Source: Eledone cirrhosa
Lineage: Eukaryota
NCBI GenBank assembly: GCA_964016885.1
Contig: OZ024742.1
Coordinates: 227,478,001 to 227,542,000 of the forward strand
DNA length: 64,000 bases
Direction: 5' to 3'
In this document: positions 13,727-28,635 of the stretch, one piece after another
Position numbering within the stretch: the first letter of the stretch is position 1
Layout: each line of letters starts with the position of its first letter
The notes under the pieces: model-generated
Databases searched by the model: none
Seen by the model: the letters and a program-made list of their open reading frames with translations, nothing else
Told to the model about the DNA's origin: nothing
Translations under genes and position numbers: made by a program

Positions 13727-14559
13727 TATTACTTTGAATAAATAATGAATGAATATTACATAATTTATCTACTAAATTTCGTAGCTGATGATTAAATATA
13801 TTTTATTCCTTATTTAAAGATTCACTTCTTTAAAATGTTCAACCTCCGGTTAGCGATCGCTTAAATAAACATTCATATATTTCCGTCACTAATTTTCTCC
13901 TAATGCAGTTTATATATAATATCGTCTTTTTTTAATGTATCATGGATTACGTTACTGATTACATAAGAGAGTGTAACGCAGTCTTCGTTCAATTTCTGTG
14001 TATATTGTCAATTACGATTTTATTTGATGTATCATATCTACATGCATATATACTTGCGTATAATATCAATATACACACTACACATGCTAGCAAAAAACCA
14101 CCCGAAGGGTGGTTTTTCCTGCTAGTCAAGATAATCGATGAAGTAAGCAGCAGATAAACCTAAGCGTTGGGAGTGTTTAAAATTTGAAAATTTGAGAGTT
14201 CAAAACGCAGAAAAAGGCTGTTATAAACGTCACTTTCTGTAGACAATAGTTGAGAACATTGAGTAAATTATCTTTAGAGACGGGAAAATTGGACAGAGAT
14301 GCCTACAAGGAATCGAAACCCGTATCTCTCGAATGCTTAGTGAATTAGACACGACGGACGCATGTTCACGTCTTTCTTAGAATGCTTACTCTACCGCTCG
14401 GGGCTAGAGCATAGCCGGATGTAAATAAAATTTAGAGTCAATCAGTTTATATGATTTCCATTATAAAAATAAATGATTGTACAGCCAATCGGTAGAAAAC
14501 AGATGGTGGTTATTTGGTTCTGAAGCATGATACAACCAACAAACTTATAAAGTTTCTTA

Positions 14560-14930
14560 GACATGGCTATGTGGTTAGGAAGTTCAGGTGGCAATCATAA
14601 GGTCTCGGGTTCAATGCCACTGTGTGGCATCTTAGGGCAAGCGTTTTTATCATATCATAGAGTGAGTGAGAATGGATAGATGGAAACTCTGTAAACCTGT
14701 CGGATGGACTGTACCTGTATTTCAAAGGTTCAGCCTTTTCACAGACAGTCACACTGATTCTGTTTAAGAATTACGTAAAGAATACGTGTCTGTGGAATAC
14801 TCAACCACATACACTATAATACAAGATGGACTGTACCTGTATTTCAAAGGTCAAGCCTTATCACACACTGTGTCACACTGATTCTGCCTATGAATTACGT
14901 TATGAGTACACGTGTCTGTGGAATACTATC
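14560..14930 (+). mobile_element. SINE family B with internally duplicated body
   Basis: gatggactgtacctgtatttcaaagg...gtgtctgtggaatac occurs twice in tandem. Confidence 0.75.
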
Positions 14931-15414
14931 ATACAATACTATCGTATACATTATCATACAAAATGAATTGTAGATATAATTTAAAGAAGCAGCCTTGTAA
15001 TTTAAAGAACTGTGTTGTATCGTACTGATTCTACCTATGGAATACTCATCTACTTCTGACGAAGTCGATGGGATGGAGCTATAATATCGAGTCTAATAAT
15101 ATAAAGTTGTATAATTACTATCGATTAGTCACTATATCGATTTATCATGGTCAATCAACCTTCTGAAGCGATTGTAAAACAATAAACAAATTAAGCACTA
15201 AATTTTGCTTTTTGTTTTTATTGTTCAACATATATGACTTTGTAGCTTGTTTCAATGCTCAACGAAATCCAATGTGATGATAGTCTACTACAAAAACAAA
15301 AATTCTCACCACCTGATCTCGATGGAATTTTTTACTTTCGTACTACTTTGAATTCAACAGCGTTATTGACCCTACCATAGAAAAGTTGATACAAGTGTAT
15401 ATAGGCATTAGAGC

Positions 15415-15590
15415 CAGTTGTATCGATCTTAAAGCAACGAAACAACGTATCTTTGACGATCGACTGATGAGATGGGACTATCTGTCTTTCCTTCGTTTTT
15501 CTGTCTTCGCCCAAATATTTTTTATTCATTTCGTATGATTTTAGCCATGCGGGACACTTTTTTCAAATTGATGTTTTATCTTGCACCATC

Positions 15591-15661
<71 letters not shown>

Positions 15662-16085
15662 TCGTTTTGTCTATCTTTTTTGGACTTAACGTCCAAACAA
15701 ACGGAAAATACTTTTATTACCGTTTGTATATTTTCTATCTTTTCCACCGCTTTTACTTCTTCATGGCTAATCAATATGTTGGGCCTCGTCAATATTTCTT
15801 CTTTTTAGTAGCAGCACATGAGTTTGTAACATAATTTCTCTTATTTGTTAATAGTCGAATACTATCGACTAGTCTTTTGTCCATTTGTTACTGTTTGTTG
15901 TGCATTAAAGCAAGTTGTATCGATCTTAAAGTACTGAACCAACGTATCTCTGGTGATCGACTGATGAGATGACTAGCATCCGAAACGTCAAGTCTCTTTT
16001 CCTACTATATCAGGCGTTAAATTAATATGTCTTCATTGTATTGTATCGTTTTGCTCCGTTGTTTTCCGTTTACTTTTCGTATACA
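15415..16085 (+). mobile_element. Two copies of a repeat carrying CTGATGAG; the second has a hammerhead-like core
   Basis: gttgtatcgatcttaaag...gatcgactgatgagatg at ~15417 and ~15914; second reads ctgatga-gatgactagcatcc-gaaac-gtcaa-gtc but stem I is weak; related reverse copy at 59240-59310. Confidence 0.45.
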
Positions 16086-16339
16086 TATATATTTATGTAC
16101 AAATATATTACATATTAACATACATATAAACATTCACACAACATACCTTGTTTCTTGGTGTAGTTCATCCCCCTTTTCATTCTCTTATTCAACAACACCT
16201 CCCACTTTCCTTTAAATCCTTTTAATCTGCAAACTAGACCCCTTCCCTTCTACCCTCTCCACTACGTCGTGACGTCATCTTTTCATATTTGTTATATTAT
16301 ACAATTTCACCCCCACCCCCCACGGCATTTCTTGAAGTC

Positions 16340-16392
<53 letters not shown>

Positions 16393-17209
16393 TCTTTATT
16401 AAGTTGTATAGTTCCCCACTCCTCTTCACCCCATCTAACAATTACTTCTCTTCCTCTCTGTCTTTCTCTCCCACTCTTTCTCTCTCTCTCTGTCAGTCTT
16501 TTCTCACCTTTACTCCTACATCCACCACCACCACCATTGACAACTAGTCCCCCTCTCTCCCGTTTTTTTTTTGTATCTCTATCTTTTTCACTCCCTTTTA
16601 GCTCCACATCCACTACTACTTTCCGACATCCACCACTCCTACACCCATTGGCAACTATTCCCCTACATTCACTATCACTACACAACAACTGACAACTACA
16701 CCTCTCCTTCTCTGTGTCTCGCTATCTTTCTCGCCTCAGCTCCCACCACCACTACCACTACCACCGCTATTGCCAGTTTTTTTACTCTCTCTCCTTCACC
16801 CCCAATACCATCATTCCAAACTACTTCTCCTCCCCTTCTAAGCCATCATCTGTCACTCACATCTGTTCAGGAAATTATGTGTGTGTGTGTGTGTGTACCA
16901 AATTTCTTTTACATAGTCTTTTCATTGACTGATTTTAATTTCAGTGATTTTTAACGCTGAGCACGTGAGGTCCCTTACAGAAACTGCAAGACCTCAATAT
17001 AACGTTGCCCAAAACTCTACGTGGCTGATATAGAAGTTTCAGTAATGATACCAAAACACTAAATGGCTCTGAGTTCAAATCATACCGTGTTCAACTTTGC
17101 CGTTCATCCTCTCAGCATCGAGAAAATAAAGTATCAGTCCATGTGGTGGTGGGTTAGCGGAATTGTTAAGGAATCGAACAGGATGGTATGCAGTATCTGA
17201 TCAGATCCT

Positions 17210-17560
17210 TACTACTGCCAAGAGTTGCGACCAGCAGAGAGAGTATCTGCAATGAAAAGACCAATGGAAACATTGTTTTCTTAGTTTAATCTGACAACCG
17301 ACTCATTCCCTTTCTACTGCCAGGGGTTGCAACCAGCAGATAGTATCGGCAATGGAAAGACCAATGGAAACATTATTTCCTTGGTTCAATCTGATGATTC
17401 AAAACCAGGTTAGCAAAGGCCAGTTCAGTCTTCAAATGACTCCAGAAAATCTGATCAAATGTGATCAAACAACATCTTGTGCCAGGAGATACGACCAGCA
17501 GATAGTATCCGTAATGGAAAGACTAATGGAATCATTATTTCCTTGGTCTGATCTGACGTT
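17210..17560 (+). repeat. Three tandem degenerate copies of a dispersed ~80-bp module
   Basis: gcca.gagttgcgaccagcagatagtatc.gcaatggaaagaccaatggaaacatt repeated three times; a fourth copy at 48235-48315. Confidence 0.75.
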
Positions 17561-17704
17561 TGGCGCCTTTCCTTTTTTCCTTGCCCGATTAAGTTAGGGC
17601 CAAATAAATCAAAACTAAAATCTCCAGAACTACTGTTAAGCATTCTAATGGTGAACTGGCGGTTTCTGTTTGACACCTTGTATCTGTTTATGCATAGAGC
17701 AATG

Positions 17705-18100
17705 TTGGTCATCTGTTTTCTTCATACTGATGGTATGCCCAAAGGCTTTACATGCAACAGAAAAATGGTTTACGTGTCTCTGGGCTTCCTCTAAATATGT
17801 CGTTACAAGTGCAGCGTCATCTGCAAAAAGAAGATTGCAAATGATACTGGTCCGTAGACGCGTCATAGCTTTGAATCGTTGATAGTTGAAGAGGCCGCGG
17901 CTAGTTCGAAATTGAAATTTAACTCCTGTTTCTTTTTCACCAAAGACATATTTCAGCATCATTGGGAAGTATAGTGCAAAAAGAAGAGGAGCTACAACAC
18001 AGCCTTGTTTTGTGCCATTTGTCACATCAAAAGAATCTGACAATTCCCCATCAGATAAAACAGCATCTTGTTTTCGTGATATTTTGTTTTTGCGACAAAA
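17705..18100 (-). mobile_element. RTE/BovB-like LINE reverse transcriptase fragment
   Basis: SDSFDVTNGTKQGCVVAPLLF...LFNYQRFKA...NLLFADDAAL...FGHTISMKKT. Confidence 0.9.
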
Positions 18101-18212
18101 ACAAGATGATGTTATTAAACTGACCGACCGAGAGTTTATAACACATTGAATGAAATCCAACAAGTGCGTGTGTTTTTCTTATGACAACATGACTCACCCA
18201 ATGCATAACACA

Positions 18213-19803
<1,591 letters not shown>

Positions 19804-19806
<3 letters not shown>

Positions 19807-20279
19807 GTGATATAGTAAGGTGTATTATTGGTTGTGTAAAACGGTCCAATAAATTTATGTTACCAATATTAAGTTCTCCACGCTTTTGTATATCTCCAAT
19901 TCCATTCAAGGGAACAGCTAGATGATGTAAAACGGAGTATAAGTATCAAAATGAAAATCTGAAGGCAAGGTAAAATTCCAATCATTTAATCACAACACAT
20001 GTTTCAATAAGAGATAGATCGATCGTGAAGCCATGATCGATTATCACTGATCTCATCAGGTGAAAATGAATTGTCTTCAAATTCTTGATATGAGGGAGAA
20101 AATTAGCAATGTTCACTGACAGAGTTTATTCCCTCATATCAAGAATTTGAAGACAATTCATTTTCACCTGATGAGATCAGTGATAATCGATCATGTCTTC
20201 ACGATCGATCTATCTCTTATTGAAACGTGTTGTGATTAAATGATTGGAATTTTACCTTGCCTTCGGATTTTCATTTTGC
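19804..20279. mobile_element. Fold-back insert: ~150-bp inverted arms, each with a hammerhead core, plus left tail
   Basis: Arms 19947-20097 / 20130-20278; plus strand tcac-CTGATGA(20168)-long stem II-GAAAC(20222)gtGTT|gtga; mirror copy on the minus strand. Confidence 0.85.
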
Positions 20280-20644
20280 TATATATATATATATATATAT
20301 ATGTTTCTACTTTTAGCACAAGGCCAACAATTACCCAGTGCATTACTGGTACTTTATTTTATATATATATAATAATAATAAATGGAGTATAGGAAGGCTG
20401 TGTAGTTACTAGTTAAGGTAGACTTAAAATCAAGAAGAAAGCAAGAACGGGGGTGGGGTGGATTCTTCATCAGTTGTCTACTGGGGATCTCGGATATTTC
20501 AACGCTATATATATATATGTGTGTGTGTGTGTGAGTATGTGTGTGTGTGTGTGTGTGTGTGTGTCACCCCCACTCTCAAGCGTGAACCTAATACTAACAC
20601 TTTGTATGTACTGCACTCTTCGTTATTGTTTTTGTTTTCTGTTT

Positions 20645-20735
<91 letters not shown>

Positions 20736-20888
20736 TGGTTTTTTCCCCTGTTTTATTGATAGCGCACTGTATCTCTCTCTAGTGTGTTACCTTTTCAACA
20801 TATTGTATTTTAAAGAGCTCAGGATTTCCTCTCCTTTGAGCACATTATTTACAGGGAATGGCGAGAGTCTATGGCTCCGTAAATTTAT

Positions 20889-21040
<152 letters not shown>

Positions 21041-21654
21041 GACACGCTTCTGCAGTTTAAATCTATATATAAATTTGAGCGACATCCGTCCGTCACTTTG
21101 TGTGAAAGTATGTGTGTGTGTTTGTGTAAATGTGTGTGTCTGTGTGAATGCATGTGTATTTGTGCGAACGTATGTCTGTGAGTTGTATTTTTGTAAGTGT
21201 GTCTGTGTTTGTGCATTTATATTTATATACATATAAATGTATACATATGCACATGCATACACGCATACACATATACACACACGCGACAGCGTGTTGAAAA
21301 CAATTATAGTCTACCAAATTTCACCGATAAGGCATTGGTTAGCCAGAGTCTTTCTCAAACGTTTTTGGCCACCACCTCACTCACGGCCACGTAATACGCT
21401 CAGTGCTCCCAGCCTTATTTCCCGACAGACCTGCCTACATGTAAATTGTAAATAATATATAATAAATTTAAAATCGTTACTTTATATATAATATATACTA
21501 TGCATAAATAAATATTATATATTTTTCTTATTTTACTAATACTATTATTTCATCTCTACCCAACCCCCAACGCACCCACTTTGAGAAATCCTGGTCTATA
21601 ATGTGTCACGACGCGGGGTTGAAACCGAGATCATGTAAAAGTAAAGTATAAATA

Positions 21655-21764
21655 ATTATTTCTACTTTTGGCACAAGGCCAGCAATTATCCCAGTGCATT
21701 ACTGGTACTTTATTTTATCGACCCCGTAAGGATGAAAGGCAAAGTTAACTTCGGCGTGATTTGA
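21655..21764 (-). mobile_element. Truncated SINE family A
   Basis: Core motif. Confidence 0.85.
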
Positions 21765-21813
21765 AAATAATGTGTGAACTACATAACTGAAAATATGTTG
21801 ATAAATTGATATT

Positions 21814-21824
21814 AAAAAAAAAAA
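21814..21824 (-). terminator. Pol III oligo-T terminator of the tRNA gene
   Basis: T11 run 6 nt downstream of the discriminator base. Confidence 0.8.
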
Positions 21825-21830
21825 CAGCTT

Positions 21831-21922
21831 CGCCCGCAGGGGGACTTGAACCCACGACCCTCAGATGACTTCTCATTGACATCATTAAAAGTCTGATGCT
21901 CTACCGACTGAGCTATGCGGGC
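21831..21922 (-). tRNA. tRNA-Lys(UUU) with a 19-nt intron at 37/38 (intron 21867-21885)
   Basis: Minus: GCCCGCA TA GCTC AGTCGGTA GAGC A TCAGA CT TTT A [ATGATGTCAATGAGAAGTC] A TCTGA GGGTC GTGGG TTCAAGT CCCCC TGCGGGC G; perfect acceptor, D and anticodon stems, one T-stem mismatch (U50-C64). Confidence 0.9.
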
Positions 21923-22199
21923 TGACAGAAGCTACTGTGCATATATACATATATATCTGTGTGCCTATGTGTATATGTGCTATATATAAAGCATGTGAAT
22001 GACTAAGGAGAACGTGTGTGGATAAGAGATAGAATATTAGTGAGTGAATAAATGAGAGAGAGAGAGAGAAAGTGATAGAGTGAGTGAATAAGAGTTAGAA
22101 GTGGGGTTTATCAGTGTTGGCACCTGCGATAAGGAATTAGAACGAAGATCTTCCGTATTACCTCATCTATTTATTCTTTTCAACACAGCAGATGAATGC

Positions 22200-22310
22200 T
22201 GGCTACGTAATGGCGACATCGCAGTTACCGCCCTTGTTCTACTCCATTAGTTTAGCCTCGATCTGATTGGACACTAATTAGGCAGCTACTTCTAGTTTCT
22301 ATGACAACAG
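22200..22310. promoter_or_regulatory. Candidate promoter: YY1-like ATGGCG, inverted CCAAT box, TAATTA and RFX X-box
   Basis: ctgattgg 22263-22270, ctaattag 22274-22281, gtttctatgacaac 22295-22308 in non-repetitive, CpG-containing DNA. Confidence 0.35.
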
Positions 22311-22478
22311 TGTTATTATTATTTCCCCGTCCCAACCAAATGCAGCTTCCATAATTGTTTGACCTATTTTGTACTAATTACACACAAGCTTGACCTATAT
22401 ATATTAACAAACAGCGCACAAATGAAATCATATACGAACATTACACAAATATATATAAAGATTTATATATATATATAT

Positions 22479-22521
<43 letters not shown>

Positions 22522-22950
22522 TATATATCAGAAAAATATTTTATTTTGTGTTAGATAATGGACATACGTTTATAAACATACATTGGTAACACACGCTCTC
22601 TTACAGACACACACACACATATACGATAAATATATACTTTAATAAGAGGAACAGAAGGTAAATCACTCGTAAGCATTTTAAGAATAAAATTGTACGTCTA
22701 TTTTCTTATTTCATTATTACCATTATCAAATGCCCGAATGTATATCTGAATATATATATATGTGTGTGTGTGTGTGATGTTGCTTTTTAACACTAGGTCA
22801 CAGATGTACAAATCAAATATCTCAAACGTCACCATCCGTCTTTATTTTTTGTTTTAAAAAGGGTTCCCTTAAGTCATTATAAACCTATGTATCCTTCCGT
22901 TTATATGTTGAGGATTTGCATACTCACAAGGAATACTTTGTAAGGGTAAA

Positions 22951-23131
22951 TAATTGTTTCTACTTTTGGCACAAGGCCAGCAATTATCTCAGTGCATCAC
23001 TGGTACTTTATTTTATCGACCCCGTAAGGATGAAAGGCAAAGTTAACCTCGGCGGGATTTGAAATCAGAATGGCAAGGGCCGTAACTCTATGCGTTAAAG
23101 CATGGCGTCCGACCCTCTACCGATACTGCCA
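22951..23131 (-). mobile_element. SINE family A
   Basis: Core motif and tRNA-like head. Confidence 0.88.
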
Positions 23132-25674
23132 AATGTTATCTAAATATATATGTAAATAGTATTCTTTACTATCTATATATGTCACTATATTTCTGTCCAG
23201 CTACCAGCCTAACTATCTACCTATGACTCTATATACCTACCTATCTGTCTGTTAATCTATCTTGTGATTTGAAAGGGACGTGGTTGAGGTTTCTAGCATG
23301 TTGAGCGACACGATAGCGGCCTCGTATTTAGCTCATATACTCAGATCGGCCAGTTTTTAAAATACCCAAAACATGCCGTGCGCCAGGACGGCGCCTCTAC
23401 GACTCCATCTGGAGTTAAGGGCCTTGTATGTGTAAGGTTTATTTATGTGAGTCCGTGCCGTAATTTATAAACAAACACTGTATTCACGTCGATAATGTTA
23501 ACCAATACAAACAAATGTCAATTCATATATATTAATTTAAATATATCAACATATGTGCTTCTATCAGTAAACAAAGATTAATGGTCATATGTATTTATAT
23601 AATATCAGTCCAGTGGTAAAAGCTAATGTAAAAAGCACACATATATATATACACAGACAGACACACATACTACCCGTTCGTTGTAGAAATTATTCATCCC
23701 AATAAACAGTGTCCCACCGAGAGGAAACGAAGTTACGTGACATGAAGAGGAAATAATTGAAAATATTACCAAAACTAATTCTTCCGTTCTGTATTGTAGA
23801 ATTAGTGAGTGTATATAATGAGATAAAGCCATATAGGAATAACAGACATTCTACGTGTATTAACCCTTTTAAGATCTAACCACCCCTGATTCGACTATAC
23901 TGAGCAGTATATCTTTAAACCATCCATTAAGTTACGTTCCAAAACAGCAGTTTAATAATGAGAAACTTAGTTATTATATTACTACATCCCTTGAAATTAG
24001 TGATTTTCAAAATTATTTAAAATACACAGGCAGTATTTTTCCTTTAAAATATTGTAAATACGTTTGTAAAACGGCGTATGTGTGTACGTGTGTGTGTATA
24101 CATATAGATATATGAATGTTGAATACCATCTGAAAGAGCAGGTCATATCTACATCCACGAAACCGTTTAGTAATGCAAATATATATATATATATATATAT
24201 AGGTTTATGTTAAGAGAAGGAGAATGTGTGAATATGTGTGCAATGTTAAAAAAAACAAGGGAACCATTTTAACGTTGTTGATGCTTAAAAATATGCCACC
24301 ACGCACTCAAACATTGGGCAACTAAATTACTTTTGCAGCCGTGTTGGGGTTTTATAACGAACTGCAAAGTATGTAAGAACAGGATTTAGCCTAATTTCAC
24401 CTAGAAACTATTTCATTCAATGTTAGCTGTAAGTTTTTTTTTATTTTCGTTATCTTCGTCTTATCTTTCAAATTATTCCAAAATGTTGATATCTTCTAAT
24501 CTTTTCTTTCTCTCTCCTTTCCCTCTGTTATTTTTAAACTTCTTTTCTTTTTAATCTCTTTCATTTCTCTCTCTCTATCCCCACCCTCGTTCTCTCTTTC
24601 TTTTCTCCTTCTTCCTGTACTCTTTTTTTATTTTTACTTTCCCCTCTACCTTTTCCTACAACTTTTAACACTCTTTCTTTCCTCATTCCCTTTTTTCGAC
24701 TCTTTTTCTATCTACTCCTCCTCTTACAATTTCTCTCACATTACTCTATCTCTCTCTACGTCCATTACTCCTAGTTCTAACCTTTACATCCAATCTTTCT
24801 GCAATCTATTATTTTCCCGCTCTTCTCCCACTTCAATGTTTACACATACTCTCACTCTTCCTCCGACTCTGTCTTTACCTTCCTCCCACCCATATTCTCA
24901 CATACTCTCCCTATATCTTCACCTTTCCCACTTCAACGTTCCTACATACTCTCACTCTCCTCCCCTTATGCCATTACCTTTCCTACTTCGTATTCTCCCT
25001 CTCCTTCACCCTATATCTTAACCATTCCTCCTTCCACTCCAATCGTTTTACATACTCTCACTACCCTCCCCGTATGTTTTTACCCTCACACTTCAATATA
25101 TACACGTACTATTACTCTTCCTCTCGTTATGTCTCCACCTCATCCACTTCAACGTTAACCACATACTGTCACTTCTTTTTGTTCTTATTTCTTTTCTTTA
25201 TCTATCTAAGCTCTCTCTCTTTCTATCTATATATCTATCTCCCCCACCGTCATCTTCTTTGTTTCATGTCTTTTCAAGATTTACTTCAACATATCTCACT
25301 ACGTCACTTTCTTTTTATAAACAAACAATAAAATTTCAGTCACAAATTTAACGAGGGGTTATTATATATAATTCAACTTTTAGAATATCTTCTAAAAATT
25401 GTTTTGTTTCTATCACGATTTATTGAAACAAAATCTGATCATTTGAAAGTTCGATTTTTCGTATCGATTAGTGTGGAGTGGAGATAGATTTTATTAGAAG
25501 TGACAAACAATATGTTTGCTAAAAGATATAGAACTAATTAGATTAAGTGATTACTTAAGTAAAAATATGACCATTATATATATATACATTTATGTATAAC
25601 GATATATATATATATATATATATCATATATCAACCTATCTACATTTTTATAATACTATATGATATATATATATA

Positions 25675-25858
25675 ATTGTTTCTACTTTAGGCACAAGGCC
25701 AGCAATTACTCAGTGCATTACTGGTACTTTATTTTATCGACCCCGTAAAGTTGAAAGGCAAAGTCAACCTCGGCGGGATTTGAACTCAGATCGTAAAGGG
25801 ACGTAACTATGCTGGAAAGCATGGCGTCCGACCCTCTACTGATACTGCCAATCCACCC
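25675..25858 (-). mobile_element. SINE family A, near full length
   Basis: Core motif and head. Confidence 0.88.
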
Positions 25859-25961
25859 ATACCTTATCAGTTGGATATTCTCTGGATATTCTCTTGAAAT
25901 ATATATATATATAATAGGTAGCTAAATAGATTGATATAAAGGTAAATAAGTAGATCTCTCT

Positions 25962-26003
<42 letters not shown>

Positions 26004-26144
26004 TGTATAGGAACAAGTAAGACCCCGACGGCTGAGCTCAAGCCGTTTCGACGGCTAATTCTGTACTATGTTATATGTATTGTATATGTATATATATATT
26101 TCAAGAGAATATCCAACTGATAGGGTATAATTTTCCTGGGTACG

Positions 26145-26186
<42 letters not shown>

Positions 26187-26849
26187 CTGGTATATATAAT
26201 TTACATATATTTGTGTGTGTATAGTTTGTCAAACGAACTTCTTATATTTATAAAATAGTTTTGTATATTTTCTTTTTTTACATTGTAATGTTTAGATAGT
26301 TTCCAAAATATACTTTTGCCCCATTTTTCATTCTTACACCATGTTTCATCTCTCTTCTCTTACTCTGTGTTTCTCTGTCTCGTTTCCTCACTCTTGCATC
26401 TCCTGCTAGTCTAGTTCCCTCTCTATCAGTCACTTCGCCCTTTCTCTAATATTCTTCTAATTAGTTCTCTCTTTCTCCCTATATCAGTCTTACTTTCTCT
26501 CCCTCCTATCATCTTATATCCCACTTTCCCCCTCCTCCTCCCCTCTCTCTCTCTATCTCTATCTCTATCTCTTTGTCACACTGTGCCTTACTCACTTTCT
26601 GTCTTCTCTCTCCCTCTCGCCATCTTCTCCACTCAATATTCAACATTAATAAACACTGAATTGATGTTGAGATCTAAGTTGATGGTAAAGGTGAAGGTCA
26701 CCCTTCTCTCTATGTATGTATATATATATGTGTGTGTGTGTGTATGTGTATGAACATGTACGTCTGTGCATATATGCGTATATATATATTATATATATAT
26801 GTATGCGTGTAAAAAATATGTATGCGTGTATATATATATGTAGATAAAT

Positions 26850-27085
26850 GTACCAAAATATACGGTAGTGTCCAATCCGTATGAAGAACTCAATGTAATC
26901 CAAATATCATGAAAAGAGAAGATGCATTCAAAAATGTTCGATGAAAATCATAGGAAAACAGAGTTAGATAAATTAATAAAAACAATGAATAAAAACAAAG
27001 AACAAGTTCCTTATATTAAAAAATTCGAATTTTTTAATATAAGGAACTTGTTCTTTGTTTTTATTCATTGTTTTTATTAATTTAT
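26850..27085. mobile_element. Fold-back insert: perfect 118-bp spacerless palindrome plus left tail
   Basis: Arms 26968-27026 / 27027-27085 centred on ttc|gaa; tail shares tggattacattgagttcttcat with the 35902 element. Confidence 0.85.
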
Positions 27086-27094
27086 ATATATATG

Positions 27095-27215
<121 letters not shown>

Positions 27216-27271
27216 ATACTTTGGGAGGGTCATGTTGCCAATGTATATATATATATATATGTGTGTATATA

Positions 27272-27334
<63 letters not shown>

Positions 27335-27518
27335 ACATGTACATGTACGTCTGTGCAAATATGCGTATATATATGTATGTGTGTATGCGTGATGTCTTTT
27401 AGCAGTGCCTGTATTTCACATGCCTGTGTGCAGGTTTCTTTCTCATTATATATGTATGTATATATTATATGTGTGTGTGTATTTGTGTATGAGTGAATGT
27501 AGCTGTATTTATGAATGT

Positions 27519-27549
<31 letters not shown>

Positions 27550-27749
27550 ATATTATTATAAGAAATCTTATATATATATATGTGTGTGTGTGTGTATGTA
27601 TGTGTGTATATGTAGGTGATTAGAGAGATATTCGCGTGAGTTTCTCTCCTCGGCGATGACGTAATACATACCACAGTCACACAGTTGAAGGAAATAAACA
27701 ACAACGAAACGAGGACAGCATGTGGCTGTGTGCCTAATGAAAGCAGCAC

Positions 27750-28170
27750 CATCAACAACAACACCAATAATAACCACCGTCAACAACAACAACACTACCA
27801 CCATCACCACCTCCAACAACATTACCACCATCACCAACAACAATATTATCACCGTCACCAACAACATTATCACCATCACCAACAACACCACTATCACCAT
27901 CACCATCAACAACATTACCACCATCACCATCAACAACATTACCACCATTCACCAACAACATTACCACCATTCACCAACAACACTACCACCATCACCAACA
28001 ACACCATCACCAACACTTCCACCATCACCACCAACACTTCCACCATCACCACCAACACCACCACCAACATCATCACCAACACTTCCACCAACGCCATCAC
28101 CAATACTACCACCAACAACACTACCACCAGCATCATCACCAACACTACCACCAATACCATCACCAACAAC
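27750..28170. repeat. Degenerate (CAC/CAA/CAT)n trinucleotide tract
   Basis: Direct inspection. Confidence 0.9.
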
Positions 28171-28465
28171 AGCATCAGCAGTAGAGACTGGGGGGGGGGG
28201 GACGTAAGCAGAGGCAGTGGGCAAAGAAGTTTCTAGTGACAAACATTTCACACACATATATGTGTGTGTCTTCATTTACTATGTTACACCACATATCAAT
28301 CATGGTTCGATCAATTCATTCATATGATCAGGTTATGTTCGTCTTTCTCACTCTCTTTCTCTTATACACAGACTCTCTCTCTCACTTCTGTTACCATAGA
28401 GATGATGATGATGATATATATATATATATATATAAGTATTAATAAAATAGATGTTCTTTTGATCA

Positions 28466-28528
28466 ATTACATTTTATTATACATATTTCGGATGTACAAC
28501 AGTACGTCCTCATCAGACAAAATATAAT
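28466..28528 (-). ncRNA. Type I hammerhead ribozyme (mirror copy, canonical G10.1-C11.1)
   Basis: Reverse complement gives CTGATGA-ggacgtactgttgtacatcc-GAAA-tatgtaTA|ataaaatgtaat. Confidence 0.85.
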
Positions 28529-28572
28529 GATACACGACATACCCTGAGATGTTAAATGGTTAAGATTTAATC

Positions 28573-28635
28573 ATTATATTTTGTCTGATGAAGACGTACT
28601 GTTGTACATCCGAAATATGTATAATAAAATGTAAT
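28573..28635 (+). ncRNA. Type I hammerhead ribozyme
   Basis: attatattttgt-CTGATGA-agacgtactgttgtacatcc-GAAA-tatgta-TA|ataaaatgtaat; 12-bp stem I with two G-U pairs; cut after 28623; A-C mismatch at the base of stem II. Confidence 0.8.

Noticed and set aside
23623-23832. Minus ORF with a hydrophobic stretch then FPLGGTLF, reminiscent of a receptor N-terminus
   Set aside because: Similarity too short and donor site ambiguous
27568-28275. His/Gln/Thr/Pro-rich ORFs in several frames
   Set aside because: Open in most frames because of a degenerate trinucleotide tract; no domain
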